From positions 1-47,352 of the forward strand of contig JBFIML010000035.1 of the NCBI GenBank assembly GCA_041611735.1: a stretch of DNA of 47,352 bases, written 5' to 3'. Each line of letters opens with the position of its first letter. Positions within the stretch are counted from its first letter, which is position 1. The position numbers and the translations under genes are program-made. The DNA comes from Myxococcota bacterium (GTDB taxonomy: Bacteria > Myxococcota_A > UBA9160 > PR03). Below are positions 1 through 12,437 of the stretch, piece after piece. A model generated the notes under the pieces. The model saw only the letters and a list, made by a program, of their open reading frames with translations. It did not search any database and had not been told where the DNA came from.

Positions 1-801
1 CGCGGCATCGTGCGCACGGCGCGGGCGGAGCCCGTCGAGGTGCCCTTCTACGACCGGGTCGCCTCGGCCGCGGAGGCGGTGGCCGCGGTGGAGGAGCGGG
101 CGGGCCCGCGCAGCGCGGCGCTTTACGTTTCCACGCCCTCGAATCCGACGGCCCGCGTCCTGCCCGAGGCGTGGCTCGCCGCCCTGGCGGACTGGGCGCG
201 GCGCCGGAACCTCTGGATCCTCTCCGACGAGGTCTACGAGCAGCTCGTCTACCGGGGGCGGCACGTCTCCATCGGGCGCTTCGCACCGGAGCGGACCCTC
301 ACCGCCTTCTCGTTCTCGAAGGCCTGGGCCATGGCCGGTCACCGGGTCGGCTACCTGGTGGGGCCGCCCGCGGTGGTCGCCCAGGTCCACAAGGTCACCA
401 CCCACACCGTGTATTCGGCGCCCACCCCCGGTCAGTGGGCGGCGCGTCGCGTGCTGGAAACGGGCGGAGCCTGGCTCGAACGCGCCCGGGAGCTCTACCG
501 CGGGGCCGGGGACGACGCGGCCCGGGCCCTGGGGCTGCCGCCACCGGAGGGCTCGACCTTCCTGTTCCTCGACGTGCGCGATCGTCTGGACGAGCGCGGC
601 ACGCCCGGGCTGCTGGAGGACTGCCTCGAGGACGGGGTGCTGCTCGCCCCGGGCGCGTCGAGTGGCGAGGCGTACTCGGGCTTCGTGCGCCTCTCCTACA
701 CCGCGTGTCCGCCCGGTGAGACCCGCGAGGCGGTAGTCCGGCTCTCCCGACGCCTGGGCCGCTCCGGCGCGGCGCCTCGGATCGCAGAGAGGCCGGCGTG
801 A
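1..801 (+). CDS. Class I/II PLP-dependent aminotransferase (5' end outside window)
   Basis: Frame is open from base 1. Motifs PSNPT, SDEVY and SFSKAWAMAGHRVG (PLP-binding Lys). Confidence 0.9.
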   Translation, partial: RGIVRTARAEPVEVPFYDRVASAAEAVAAVEERAGPRSAALYVSTPSNPTARVLPEAWLAALADWARRRNLWILSDEVYEQLVYRGRHVSIGRFAPERTLTAFSFSKAWAMAGHRVGYLVGPPAVVAQVHKVTTHTVYSAPTPGQWAARRVLETGGAWLERARELYRGAGDDAARALGLPPPEGSTFLFLDVRDRLDERGTPGLLEDCLEDGVLLAPGASSGEAYSGFVRLSYTACPPGETREAVVRLSRRLGRSGAAPRIAERPA

Positions 802-1652
802 CGCCGCCTTCGCTTCCTCCCCGAGCGCTGGCAGGACCGCGGCTGTGGACCGACTGCCAGCTGGGCGAGCCGGAGCTGCTGGCGGTGGGCAACGGCCGCG
901 CCGCCGTCTTCTCGTCGCGCTGTCCGGGCAGGGAGGGTGCGAACGAGGACGCCGCGGCGGTGATCCCGTGCGGAAGCGGCCGCGTCGTGCTGGCCGTGGC
1001 GGACGGGCTCGGCGGCCATCCGGCGGGCGAGGAGGCCTCGCGGCTCGTTCTCGAGGAGCTGCGCCGCACCCTCGAGACGGCCGCGCAACGCTCCGACGCG
1101 GACCTGCGGCCTGCGATCCTGGACGCGATCGAGTCGGCGAACGTGCGGCTCCTCGAGCACGCGAGCGGCGCCGCGACGACGCTCGTGGTGGCGGAGGTCC
1201 AGGACGGCGGCCTGCGCCCCTACCACGTGGGCGACTCGTTGATCCTCGTGGTGAGCCAGCGCGGGCGCACGCGGCTCCAGACCGTCTCCCACTCGCCGGT
1301 GGGCTACGCGGTGGAGTCCGGCCTGCTCGACGAGCGGGACGCCATGCACCACGAGCACCGGCACCTGATCTCGAACCTGGTGGGCTCCCAGGAGATGCGG
1401 ATCGAGGTGGGCTCGCCTCTCGTGCTGGCTCCGCGCGACACGGTGCTGCTGGCCACGGACGGCCTGCTGGACAACCTGCACGGCGACGAGATCGTGAACC
1501 GGATCCGCAAGGGATCGCTCGAGCGGGCCGCCACCGCGCTGACGGAAGACAGCCTGCGGCGCATGCGGGAGCCCGCTCCGGGCCAGCCCTCGAAGCCGGA
1601 CGACCTCACCTTCGTGCTGTTCCGGCACTCCGGCTCCGGACGGCGCGGCTAG
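798..1652 (+). CDS. PP2C/PPM-family Ser/Thr protein phosphatase
   Basis: NEDA, ADGLGGH, HVGDS, LATDGL and DDLT motifs; GTGA overlap with the upstream stop. Confidence 0.88.
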   Translation: MTPPSLPPRALAGPRLWTDCQLGEPELLAVGNGRAAVFSSRCPGREGANEDAAAVIPCGSGRVVLAVADGLGGHPAGEEASRLVLEELRRTLETAAQRSDADLRPAILDAIESANVRLLEHASGAATTLVVAEVQDGGLRPYHVGDSLILVVSQRGRTRLQTVSHSPVGYAVESGLLDERDAMHHEHRHLISNLVGSQEMRIEVGSPLVLAPRDTVLLATDGLLDNLHGDEIVNRIRKGSLERAATALTEDSLRRMREPAPGQPSKPDDLTFVLFRHSGSGRRG

Positions 1653-1677
1653 CGGCGATCCGAGAGGGAAGCGACCC

Positions 1678-3051
1678 ATGGCCGACGTCGAGCGGGTCCG
1701 CGATCTCCTGCGCCGCCCGCGGGCGGGCGGGAGCGTGACGGTGCGCGGCTGGCTTAAGACGGCCCGGCACGCCAAGGAGCGTTCCTTCCTGGAGGTCACC
1801 GACGGCTCCTGCCTGACGGGCATCCAGGTGGTGGTGGAGCCCGAGCTTCCCAACGACGCCGACGAGCTGCGCAAACTGCGCGCGGGCTGCGCCGTGGAGG
1901 CTTGCGGCGAGCTCCGGGAATCGCCGGGGCGAGAGCAGCGCTACGAGCTCCACGCCCCTCGCGTGACGCTCGTCGGCGAGGTGGGGGACGACTACCCGCT
2001 CCAGAAGAAGCGCCACTCCTTCGAGTTCCTGCGCAGCATCGGTCACCTGCGGCTGCGCACCAACAGCCTGGGGGCGGTGGCGCGGGTGCGTGACGCCACC
2101 GCGCGAGCCATCCGTCGCTTCTTCCACGAGCAGGGCTTCCTCGAGCTGCACGCGCCGGTCATCACCACCTCGGACTGCGAGGGGGCCGGGGAGCTGTTCC
2201 GCGTGACGACGCTCTCCCCCGGCGAGGCGGGCGCCGACGCGAGCCGCGACTTCTTCGGGCGCGCCGCCTTCCTCACCGTCTCGGGACAGCTCCAGGCGGA
2301 AATCGGGGCCCTCGCCCTCTCGCGCGTCTACACCTTCGGACCCACCTTCCGCGCCGAGAACTCCAACACCAGCCGCCACCTGGCGGAGTTCTGGATGGTG
2401 GAGCCGGAGGCCGCCTTCCTGGACCTGGATGGAAACGCCGCCCTGGCGGAGCGCTTCCTCAAGTCGGTGCTGGGTGAGCTGCTCGAGAGCTGCCAGGAGG
2501 ACCTGCGCTTCTTCCGGGACCGCGTCGATCCGGACGTCCTCGACGTCCTCGAGCACGTGGTACAGAGCCCCTTCGAGCGCCTGACCTACGACCAGGCCAT
2601 CGAGATCCTGGAGCGCTCCGGTCGCAGCTTCGAGTTCCCGGTGGCGTGGGGCGCCGATCTCCAGAGCGAGCACGAGCGCCATCTGACCGAGACGCACGTG
2701 GGCCGTCCCCTGGTGATCACCGACTGGCCGGCCTCACTGAAACCCTTCTACATGTACGAGAACGACGACGGCCGCACCGTGCGCGCCATGGACGTGCTGG
2801 TCCCGCGGGTCGGCGAGATCGTGGGCGGCTCGCAGCGCGAGCACCGTCCCGAGCGCCTCGAACGACGCCTGCGCGCGTGCGGCCTGCGCCCGGAGGACTA
2901 CTGGTGGTATCTGGAGCTGCGGCGGCACGGGTCGGTCCCCCACGCGGGCTTCGGCCTGGGCTTCGAGCGGCTGGTCCAGTTCGCCACCGGCATGGCCAAC
3001 ATCCGGGACGTGATCCCATTCCCGCGCGCGCCGGGGTCCGCCGAGTTCTAG
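1678..3051 (+). CDS. asnS: Asparagine--tRNA ligase
   Basis: N-terminal OB fold, LTVSGQL, FGPTFRAENSNTSRHLAEFWM, and GSVPHAGFGLGFERL...NIRDVIPFPR. Confidence 0.97.
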   Translation: MADVERVRDLLRRPRAGGSVTVRGWLKTARHAKERSFLEVTDGSCLTGIQVVVEPELPNDADELRKLRAGCAVEACGELRESPGREQRYELHAPRVTLVGEVGDDYPLQKKRHSFEFLRSIGHLRLRTNSLGAVARVRDATARAIRRFFHEQGFLELHAPVITTSDCEGAGELFRVTTLSPGEAGADASRDFFGRAAFLTVSGQLQAEIGALALSRVYTFGPTFRAENSNTSRHLAEFWMVEPEAAFLDLDGNAALAERFLKSVLGELLESCQEDLRFFRDRVDPDVLDVLEHVVQSPFERLTYDQAIEILERSGRSFEFPVAWGADLQSEHERHLTETHVGRPLVITDWPASLKPFYMYENDDGRTVRAMDVLVPRVGEIVGGSQREHRPERLERRLRACGLRPEDYWWYLELRRHGSVPHAGFGLGFERLVQFATGMANIRDVIPFPRAPGSAEF

Positions 3052-3674
3052 CCCCCTCGAAGCGTCGACTCGAAGGCGAACACGGCCAGCGAACGGGGCC
3101 CGTGGGCTCCCAGGACCAGGGTCTGCTCGATGTCGGCGGTCTTGGAGGGCCCGCTCACCCAGGTGAGGCCCGGGGGCGCCAGGGCGCCCTCGGGAAGGGC
3201 GCGGAAGGCGGCGTGCAGGTCGGGAACCAGGCCGCGCACGTCCAGCAGCAGCGCCAGATGCTCGGCCAGGAAGAGCAGGGCCCGGTTCGGGACGTCGCGG
3301 CCGAGCACGGCCAGCGCGCCGTTCTCCGCCACGCCCAGGCAGCCGACCCCGACCGCCACCTGCACGTCCGCCAGGGCCTGCGGAGCCACCGCTTCGCCAA
3401 GGGTCTCCCAGCGCGGATCGCAGAGGCGGCGGGCGGCCGAGGCGGCCGCCACGCGCCGCCCCGCGCCCCGGGTGTCCGCCCAGGCGGCGAGCGCGGCGGG
3501 GAGCTCCCGCTCCGGCAGCGGACCGTGGGCCTCGCCCCCGACCGCCGCAAGAATCCGGGCGAAGGCCGGGAAGTCCGTCAGGCCCGGAGCCCCTTCCCAG
3601 ACGCCGGGATGCGGCACGCGGCGGCCCGCGGCGGCGCGCACCCGCGCCAGCACGGCCTCGCGGTCGCCGCTCAC
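3048..3674 (-). CDS. lutC: Lactate utilization protein C (LUD domain, YkgG-like)
   Basis: GVAENG and SGPSKTADIEQTLVLGAHGP motifs; GTG start overlaps the lutB stop (3671-3674). Confidence 0.88.
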   Translation of the reverse strand: MSGDREAVLARVRAAAGRRVPHPGVWEGAPGLTDFPAFARILAAVGGEAHGPLPERELPAALAAWADTRGAGRRVAAASAARRLCDPRWETLGEAVAPQALADVQVAVGVGCLGVAENGALAVLGRDVPNRALLFLAEHLALLLDVRGLVPDLHAAFRALPEGALAPPGLTWVSGPSKTADIEQTLVLGAHGPRSLAVFAFESTLRGG

Positions 3675-5035
3675 GGGGCCCGTCTGCGTCGCCAGCGGGC
3701 GGCGAAGCTCGCACCGGGATGGGGCGGGAGCTCGCGCGCTGCGAGCCAGCCGCCGGCGGGGTTCCCCGGCCAGCGGCGCGCGAGCAACGGCCAGGCGAGG
3801 CGCAGCAGCCGCCCGCTGGCCCGGTACAGGGTGGGACGCGCCAGCAGCGCGGCGGCCAGGCGCGCGGCCCAGCGCAGGCGCGCGGGTGCGGCCGGCACCT
3901 CCCGTCGCCAGGCCAGGAGCTGGCCGTGCAGGTCGATCCCCACCGGGCATACCGCGCTGCAGCTTCCGCACAGGGAAGAGGCCAGCGGCAGTGTGCGGAC
4001 CGCTGGGTCCGCGGTCAGCGCCGGCGCCAGCACGGCCCCGATCGGGCCGGCCACGGACGTGCCGTAGGCGTGCCCCCCGGCACGCCGATAGACGGGGCAG
4101 GTGTTCAGGCAGGCGCCGCAGCGGATGCAGGCCAGCGCATCCCGATGCGTCGGGCTCGCCAGCAGCCGCGTGCGCCCATTGTCGACGATCACCACGTGCA
4201 GCTCGCCACCGGGTCGAGGGCCCGTCACCAGCGTGGTGTAGGCGGTGATCGGCTGGCCGGTGGCGCTCCGCGCCAGCAGGCGCAGGAAGAGCGCCAGGTC
4301 GTCGAGATCCGGGACCAGCTTCTCGATGCCCATGCAGGCCACGTGCAGCCCGGGCAGGGTCATCCCGAGATCGGCGTTGCCCTCGTTGGTGCAGACGACG
4401 AGGCTGCCGGTCTCCGCCACGGCGAAGTTCACGCCGCTGATGGCCGCCTGGGCGGCGAGGAAGCGCGGCCGCAGGTCCCGGCGCGCGTGCTCCGTGAGCC
4501 GCACCGGGTCCGACTCGCCGGCGGGCGTGCCCAGATGGCGATGGAAGAGCTCCCCGATCTCGCCACGGCGGCGGTGGATCGCGGGCACCACGATGTGGGA
4601 GGGCGGCTCCCGGCGCAGCTGCACGATGCGCTCGCCCAGATCCGTGTCCACCACCTCGATGCCACGCGCCTCCAGGTGCGGGTTGAGGCCGCACTCCTCG
4701 GTGAGCATGGACTTGCTCTTCACCACCCGGCGCGCGCCGCGTTCGAGCAGCAGCTCCTCGACGATCCGGTTGTGGGCGGCCGCGTCCCCGGCGAAGTGCA
4801 CCACCGCCCCGGCGGCGCGCGCCCGGGCCTCGAAGCGCTCCAGGTAGAGGTCGAGGTGGTCGAGGACGTGGCGCTTGACCGCCGCCGCGCGCTGCCGCAG
4901 GGCCTCGAACTCCGGCAGGGCGGCCACGGCGGCATCCCGGCGCCGGCGCAGATCGAAGACCGCGGCGTCGTGACGCGCCACCGCCCGGTCGTCGGGCAGG
5001 TTCACGCGGGCGCGGGCGTCGAGGGGAAGCCTCAC
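3671..5035 (-). CDS. lutB: Lactate utilization Fe-S protein B (YkgF-like)
   Basis: KSKSMLTEE, DTDLGE, PSHIVVPAIH, TNEGN, CIRCGACLNTCP and SSLCGSCSAVCP; GTG start overlaps the lutA stop. Confidence 0.92.
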   Translation of the reverse strand: MRLPLDARARVNLPDDRAVARHDAAVFDLRRRRDAAVAALPEFEALRQRAAAVKRHVLDHLDLYLERFEARARAAGAVVHFAGDAAAHNRIVEELLLERGARRVVKSKSMLTEECGLNPHLEARGIEVVDTDLGERIVQLRREPPSHIVVPAIHRRRGEIGELFHRHLGTPAGESDPVRLTEHARRDLRPRFLAAQAAISGVNFAVAETGSLVVCTNEGNADLGMTLPGLHVACMGIEKLVPDLDDLALFLRLLARSATGQPITAYTTLVTGPRPGGELHVVIVDNGRTRLLASPTHRDALACIRCGACLNTCPVYRRAGGHAYGTSVAGPIGAVLAPALTADPAVRTLPLASSLCGSCSAVCPVGIDLHGQLLAWRREVPAAPARLRWAARLAAALLARPTLYRASGRLLRLAWPLLARRWPGNPAGGWLAARELPPHPGASFAARWRRRRAP

Positions 5036-5783
5036 GGGCCCTCCCGGGCGGCCAGGATCTCCGCCAGGTGGATGGGCGCGGGGCCCGCACCGAGGCGGCG
5101 CCGGATCCCGTCCAGGTGCAGCAGGCAGCCCGCGTCGGTGGCGGTCACCCAGGCTGCGCCGGTCTCGGCCAGGGCCCGCACCCCGTCCCGGCCCATGCGC
5201 CCCGACACCACCGGGAACTCCACCGAGAAGGCGCCCCCGAAGCCGCAGCACTCGTCGCGCCGACTCGGGAACACGAGCTCGAGCCCGGAGACCGCGCGCA
5301 GCAGCTGCTCGGTCGGGCCGGGGGTCGCCCCCACCCGCTCGCTCGGCGACCCCAGGCCGAGCTCGCGCAGCCCGTGACAGCTCGGCAGCAACGCCACGCG
5401 GTGCGGGAAGCGGGCTCCCACGTCCACGCGGCCGAGCCGGCGCACCAGGAACTCGCCCAGCTCGAAGGTGCGCTCGCGCACGCGGAGGCCCTCGGGCCCG
5501 AGCCCGACGCCGATTTCCCCGTAGTGACGCCGCACCGTCGCCACGCAGCTCGCCGAGGGGCACACGACCGCCTCGAAGCGAGCGAAGCGCTCCAGGTGCG
5601 CACACGCCAGGCGCTTCGCCTCCCGGGCGGCGCCCGAGTTCAGGAAGGGCTGGCCGCAGCAGGTCTGGCGCGGCTCCCAGACCACCCGGCACCCCACCCG
5701 CTCGAGCACCTCGGCCGCGGCCAGCCCGACACCCGGCGCGAGCTGATCCACGTAGCAGGGTACGAAGAGACCGACTTCCACGA

Positions 5784-5787
<4 letters not shown>
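5032..5787 (-). CDS. lutA: Lactate utilization protein A (CCG-domain Fe-S protein, YkgE-like)
   Basis: LFVPCYVD, QTCCGQP, SCH, ECCGFGG and DAGCLLHL; GTG start overlaps the acylase stop. Confidence 0.9.
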
Positions 5788-7862
<2,075 letters not shown>

Positions 7863-8000
7863 GGCCGGCTAGGGTGGGGCATGGACGCTGCGCCGCAAGT
7901 CGGCGCGCCGCGGCCCTGGGCGCCGCCGCCTTCGCGTGCTACCCGAGGCGGCGGCGCGCGCGACGCCGCCGATCCCGCCGCGCCAGGAGCGCACGATCCG

Positions 8001-10289
8001 ATGGGCCACCGCCGAACGTCTCGCGCACGGCGTGCTCCGCCTGGGCTGCTGCTCCTCGTGCTGGCGCTGCAGGCGCTACCGGTCGGGGCCCAGGAAGCCG
8101 CCGCGCCCGGGTCCCGGGCCCCTGAGGCCCCCGCCGCCAGCTCCCCGGCGCCTGGCGCCCTGGCGGCCAGGCGCGCCGCGCTGACCGCGGAGATTGCCGA
8201 GGTGCGCCAGCGCCTGGAGGCCCTGTCCCCTTCCAGCCCCGACGCCGCTGCCGCCCTCGGCAGCGAGCTCGACCTGCTCGAGCAGATCGACCACGCCCAG
8301 GCCCGGCAGATGGAGGCGTTGCGCCGGGCCGGGCAGCTGACGGAGGCGGAGGCGGAGCTCGAGCTCAAGGTGGCGGCGGGCGCATCGAGCCCGCTGGCCG
8401 ACCCGCCGCCCTACCCGCTGGCCCTGGCCGACGCCGTCGCCTCCGCCCTGCGCGGGCAGGCGGAGCGACGCGCCAAGATCCAGGCCGCCGTGGGCGCGGC
8501 GGAGAAGGCGATCCTCGACACCCGCCGGCGGTTGGAGGCGGGCGAGAGCAAGCGACGTCTGGCCAAGGAGGCCGCCGCCCGTGCGGGCTCCACGGCCGAG
8601 GCGGCCGGGCGGGCGCGCTCCCTGCGTCTGGCGGAGCTGGAGAGCCGTCTGGCCACGGCGCGTCACGAGCTGGCCGAGGTCGAGCTCGCCAACCTGAAGA
8701 GCGAGCTCGCCCTGCAGAAGCAGAGCGAGGAGTTCGCGGCCCGCACGCTGCGCTGGATCGAGTCGAACCTGCAGCTCGACCGCGACGAGCTGCAGCAGCG
8801 GCTCGCCGAGCTGGAGAAGCGCGAGTTCGACCTGCGACGTGCCATCGACGCCGCCGGCCTGGAGCTTGCTTCGACGGAGCGCCGCTTCGATGCGGTCCAG
8901 CAACGCGCGGACGCCACGGTGCGTCCCGGTCCGGAGCTGCTCGCGGAGCTCGAGGCGCGTCGGCTGGCCCGCAGCGTGGCCCAGCGGCGCGTGGCGCTGC
9001 GGAACGAGCAGCTCCAGCGCCTGGCGGCCGAGCGGGCCCTGTGGCAGCGACGCTACGACGCCCTGGCCGGGACGGTCCCCAAGGCGCAGCTCCGCACCTG
9101 GGAGGAGGAGATCCGCAGCTCCCTGGAGGACCTGGGGCGGCAGCGCCTGCTGGCCGAGGCGCGCCTGGCGGAGCTGCGCGGGGAGCGCGTCGGGGCGCGC
9201 GAGCGCGCGGCCGCGGCCCGGCCGGACGAGGCGCGCTGGATCCGGGAGCAGGAGCAGGAGCTCGCCGCGCTGGTCGGCCTCTACGAGGCCGACCTGGCCA
9301 GCCTCTCCGAACGTCGGGCCGGCGCCGAGCGCACCCTGGGCGTGATCCGGGACCGCGTCGGCACCTCCTCCCTGTCCGACCGCCTGAGCCAGGCCGGGGA
9401 GCGCGTCGTCGGCGTCTGGCGCACGGAGCTGCTGGCGGTGGACGACCGCCCCATCACGGTCGGAAAGATCGTGACCGCCCTCCTGCTCTTCGCAACCGGC
9501 ATCGTCTTCTCGCGGGTGGTCTCCCGGGCCCTGGCAGGCCTGCTCTCCCGTCGCTTCGCCATGGACGAGGGCGCCATGGCCGCCCTCCAGGGGCTCAGCT
9601 TCTACGTGCTGCTGGTGCTCTTCTTCCTGTTCGCGTTGCGCACGGTGAACATCCCCCTGACCGCCTTCACGGTGCTCGGGGGCGCGCTGGCCATCGGCGT
9701 GGGCTTCGGCAGCCAGAACATCGTCAACAACTTCATCAGCGGCCTGATCCTGATGGTGGAGCGCCCGATCAAGGTGGGAGACATCGTGGAGATCGAGGGC
9801 GTGCAGGGTCGCGTCGAGCGCATCGGTCCCCGCAGCACCCGGGTGCGACGCTTCGACAACATCCACATCATCGTGCCGAACAGCGCCTTCCTGGAGCGGA
9901 ACGTGGTCAACTGGACGCTCTCGGACGACGTGATCCGCACCGAGCTCACGGTGGGCGTCGCCTACGGGTCGCCCACCCGCGAGGTGCAGCGTCTGGTCCG
10001 CAAGGTGCTGGGAGAGCACGAGGTGATCCTGAAGCACCCGGAGCCGGACGTCTTCTTCGTGGACTTCGGGGAGAGCTCCCTGAACTTCCGCTGCTTCTTC
10101 TGGCTGCGGGTGCGGAGCCCCGCCGACCGCCGTCGCGTCGAGAGCGACGTGCGCTACCGAATCGACGACCTCTTCCGGGAGCACGGCATCACGATCGCGT
10201 TTCCGCAGCGCGACGTGCACTTCGACGCAGACAAGCCGATCGCGGTGCGCCTGCTCGACTCCCGCGCCGGCGAGGGGGAGGCCTCGTGA
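8001..10289 (+). CDS. Mechanosensitive ion channel (MscS family) with long periplasmic coiled-coil N-terminus
   Basis: GALAIGVGFGSQNIVNNFISG, ERPIKVGD, IVPNS and IAFPQRDVH; signal peptide; AGGAG upstream of ATG 8001 (an in-frame ATG also exists at 7881). Confidence 0.9.
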   Translation: MGHRRTSRARRAPPGLLLLVLALQALPVGAQEAAAPGSRAPEAPAASSPAPGALAARRAALTAEIAEVRQRLEALSPSSPDAAAALGSELDLLEQIDHAQARQMEALRRAGQLTEAEAELELKVAAGASSPLADPPPYPLALADAVASALRGQAERRAKIQAAVGAAEKAILDTRRRLEAGESKRRLAKEAAARAGSTAEAAGRARSLRLAELESRLATARHELAEVELANLKSELALQKQSEEFAARTLRWIESNLQLDRDELQQRLAELEKREFDLRRAIDAAGLELASTERRFDAVQQRADATVRPGPELLAELEARRLARSVAQRRVALRNEQLQRLAAERALWQRRYDALAGTVPKAQLRTWEEEIRSSLEDLGRQRLLAEARLAELRGERVGARERAAAARPDEARWIREQEQELAALVGLYEADLASLSERRAGAERTLGVIRDRVGTSSLSDRLSQAGERVVGVWRTELLAVDDRPITVGKIVTALLLFATGIVFSRVVSRALAGLLSRRFAMDEGAMAALQGLSFYVLLVLFFLFALRTVNIPLTAFTVLGGALAIGVGFGSQNIVNNFISGLILMVERPIKVGDIVEIEGVQGRVERIGPRSTRVRRFDNIHIIVPNSAFLERNVVNWTLSDDVIRTELTVGVAYGSPTREVQRLVRKVLGEHEVILKHPEPDVFFVDFGESSLNFRCFFWLRVRSPADRRRVESDVRYRIDDLFREHGITIAFPQRDVHFDADKPIAVRLLDSRAGEGEAS

Positions 10290-11488
10290 GCGAGCCGCCG
10301 AGCCGGGGCGCGGGCCGCGCCCGGGCGCGCCGCTGGGGCCAACGACTGGCTCGGACCCCGGTGGCGGTGCCGGTGGGGGCCCTGCGCTTCGCCGGCGGCC
10401 GCGCCCGGGACCTGTTCCGGCATGCCCCGCTCCCGCCCGGGGCGCGCCCGGGCACGCTCGCCATCCCGGCGGACGCGCCGCCCCCGCGCCTGCACGCCTT
10501 CGTCTACGGGCCGGGGCGCTGCGAAGAGCACGAGGTACCCGACGCCGCAGCGCTCGCCGCGCTTCGGGACGAGGACGCGGTCACCTGGATCGACGTACAG
10601 GGTTTCGGCAACCGGGCTGCCATCGACAAGATCCGCGAGACCTTCGACATCCATCCGCTCGCCATGGCGGACGTGGTGAACGTGCCACAGCGCTCCAAGG
10701 TGGAGGACTACGGGGACCGTCACCTGATCGTGACGCGCATGGCGCGGCTCGGGGCGGAGGGAGAGCTCACGCTCGAGCAGGTGAGCTTCGTGCTGGGACC
10801 GGGCTGGCTGCTCACCTTCCAGGAGCGCACCGGGGACGTCTTCGATCCGGTTCGCGAGCGGCTGCGGACGGGCGTGGGCCTGCTGCGCCAGTCCGGCCCG
10901 GACTACCTCGCCTACGCCCTGATCGACGCGCTGGTGGACGGCTACTTCCCGGTGGCGGAGGCGTTGGGCGAGGGGCTCGAGGGGCTCGAGGAAGAGGTCA
11001 TGGGGCGGCCGAGCCGAGCCACCCTGGCCCGCATCCACCGCGTGCGACGCACGCTGCTGGCGCTGCACCGCATCCAGTGGCGCCAGCGCGACGCCCTGAG
11101 CATGCTCGCGCGCGACGAATCCTTGCCCTTCCGTCCCGAGGTGCGCGTCTACCTGCGTGACGTCTACGATCACGCGGTCCAGATCCTGGACGTGATCGAG
11201 ACCTACCGGGAGCTCACCGTCGGCCTGATGGACATCTACCTCTCCAGTGTGAGCAACCGCATGAACCAGGTGATGAAGACGCTGACCGTGATGGCGTCGA
11301 TCTTCATCCCCCTCACCTTCCTGGCCGGAATCTACGGCATGAACTTCGAGAACATGCCCGAGCTGCGCTGGCGCTGGGGCTACTACGCCGTGTGGGGAGT
11401 GATGGTCGGCGTCGGCCTGGCGCTGCTGGCCTGGTTCTGGCGCCGCGGATGGCTGCGGACCGACGACCTGGACGAGCCGCCCTCCTAG
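10286..11488 (+). CDS. corA: Magnesium/cobalt transporter CorA
   Basis: TWIDVQG, IHPLAMAD, MNQVMKTLT and GIYGMNFENMPEL; GTGA overlap with the upstream stop. Confidence 0.95.
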   Translation: MSEPPSRGAGRARARRWGQRLARTPVAVPVGALRFAGGRARDLFRHAPLPPGARPGTLAIPADAPPPRLHAFVYGPGRCEEHEVPDAAALAALRDEDAVTWIDVQGFGNRAAIDKIRETFDIHPLAMADVVNVPQRSKVEDYGDRHLIVTRMARLGAEGELTLEQVSFVLGPGWLLTFQERTGDVFDPVRERLRTGVGLLRQSGPDYLAYALIDALVDGYFPVAEALGEGLEGLEEEVMGRPSRATLARIHRVRRTLLALHRIQWRQRDALSMLARDESLPFRPEVRVYLRDVYDHAVQILDVIETYRELTVGLMDIYLSSVSNRMNQVMKTLTVMASIFIPLTFLAGIYGMNFENMPELRWRWGYYAVWGVMVGVGLALLAWFWRRGWLRTDDLDEPPS

Positions 11489-12327
11489 TTCGACGGCGGC
11501 TGCTCCGGCCGGGGCCGGAAGCGCCGGGGCCCCGGCGTGTACTCGACGCTCGACGTGCGGCGGACCGGCTGCGGAAAGAGCTTCATGAGCTCCAGCAGCT
11601 CGGCGGGCATGTCCGTGCCGATGGGCAGCCCCAGCTCCCGGGCCGCCTCCGGCGTGATGCCGTAATCGTGGGTCCAACGTCCGTCCGAGAGGGCCGCCGC
11701 GGTCTCCTTGCAGCGATCCGGGGGCAGCCGCTCGCAGAGCAGCTCGGTCACGCTCTCGCGGAGCTGGTCGGTCGCCTTCTGTGCCACGTCGGCAAGGATC
11801 AAGGTCTCGTCGTCCACCTCGGCGGTGGGCTTGCGGTCCACGGCTCGCAGGATCGAGGCGGCCGGGTACTGGCCGATCTGCGGGTCCACCGGCCCGAGCA
11901 CCGCGTGCGGGCTCATGACGATCTCGTCCGCTGCCAGCGCGATCAAGGTCCCTCCCGACATGGCGTAGTGGGGCACGAAGACGGTCACCTTCCCCGGATG
12001 CCGGTGGATGGCCCGCGCAATCTGGAGGGAGGCCAGCGCGAGCCCCCCCGGCGTGTGCAGCACGAGGTCGATGGGAATCTGCGGGTCCGTGAGCTGGATG
12101 GCGCGGATCACCTGCTCGGAATCCTGCACGTCGATGTAGCGGAAGATGGGGATGCCGAGCAGGCTCATCTGCTCCTGCCGATGCACCAGCAGGATCACCC
12201 GCGAGCCGCGGTTGCGCTCGATCTGCTGGATCATCCGACCCCGCGAGGCTTCGAGCAGCCGCTGCTTGAGAAGCGGCGTGAGCGCCGCCACCAGCAGGAA
12301 GATCCAGAGGACGTCCATCGCGCCCAT
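11485..12327 (-). CDS. SDH-family ClpP-class serine protease with N-terminal membrane anchor
   Basis: HTPGG, AMSGGTLIALAADEI, LGPVDPQ and WTHD; start is ATG 12327 or 12318. Confidence 0.87.
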   Translation of the reverse strand: MGAMDVLWIFLLVAALTPLLKQRLLEASRGRMIQQIERNRGSRVILLVHRQEQMSLLGIPIFRYIDVQDSEQVIRAIQLTDPQIPIDLVLHTPGGLALASLQIARAIHRHPGKVTVFVPHYAMSGGTLIALAADEIVMSPHAVLGPVDPQIGQYPAASILRAVDRKPTAEVDDETLILADVAQKATDQLRESVTELLCERLPPDRCKETAAALSDGRWTHDYGITPEAARELGLPIGTDMPAELLELMKLFPQPVRRTSSVEYTPGPRRFRPRPEQPPSN

Positions 12328-12437
12328 GACGCGCAAGCCTCCCGACGGGTTGCGTCCGCTGGCAAGAGTAGGCGAGACGCGAGCCGGCGTCGAAACGGTT
12401 GGTGGCGAGGCGGACGTGGCGTAGAATCGGCGCCCTC

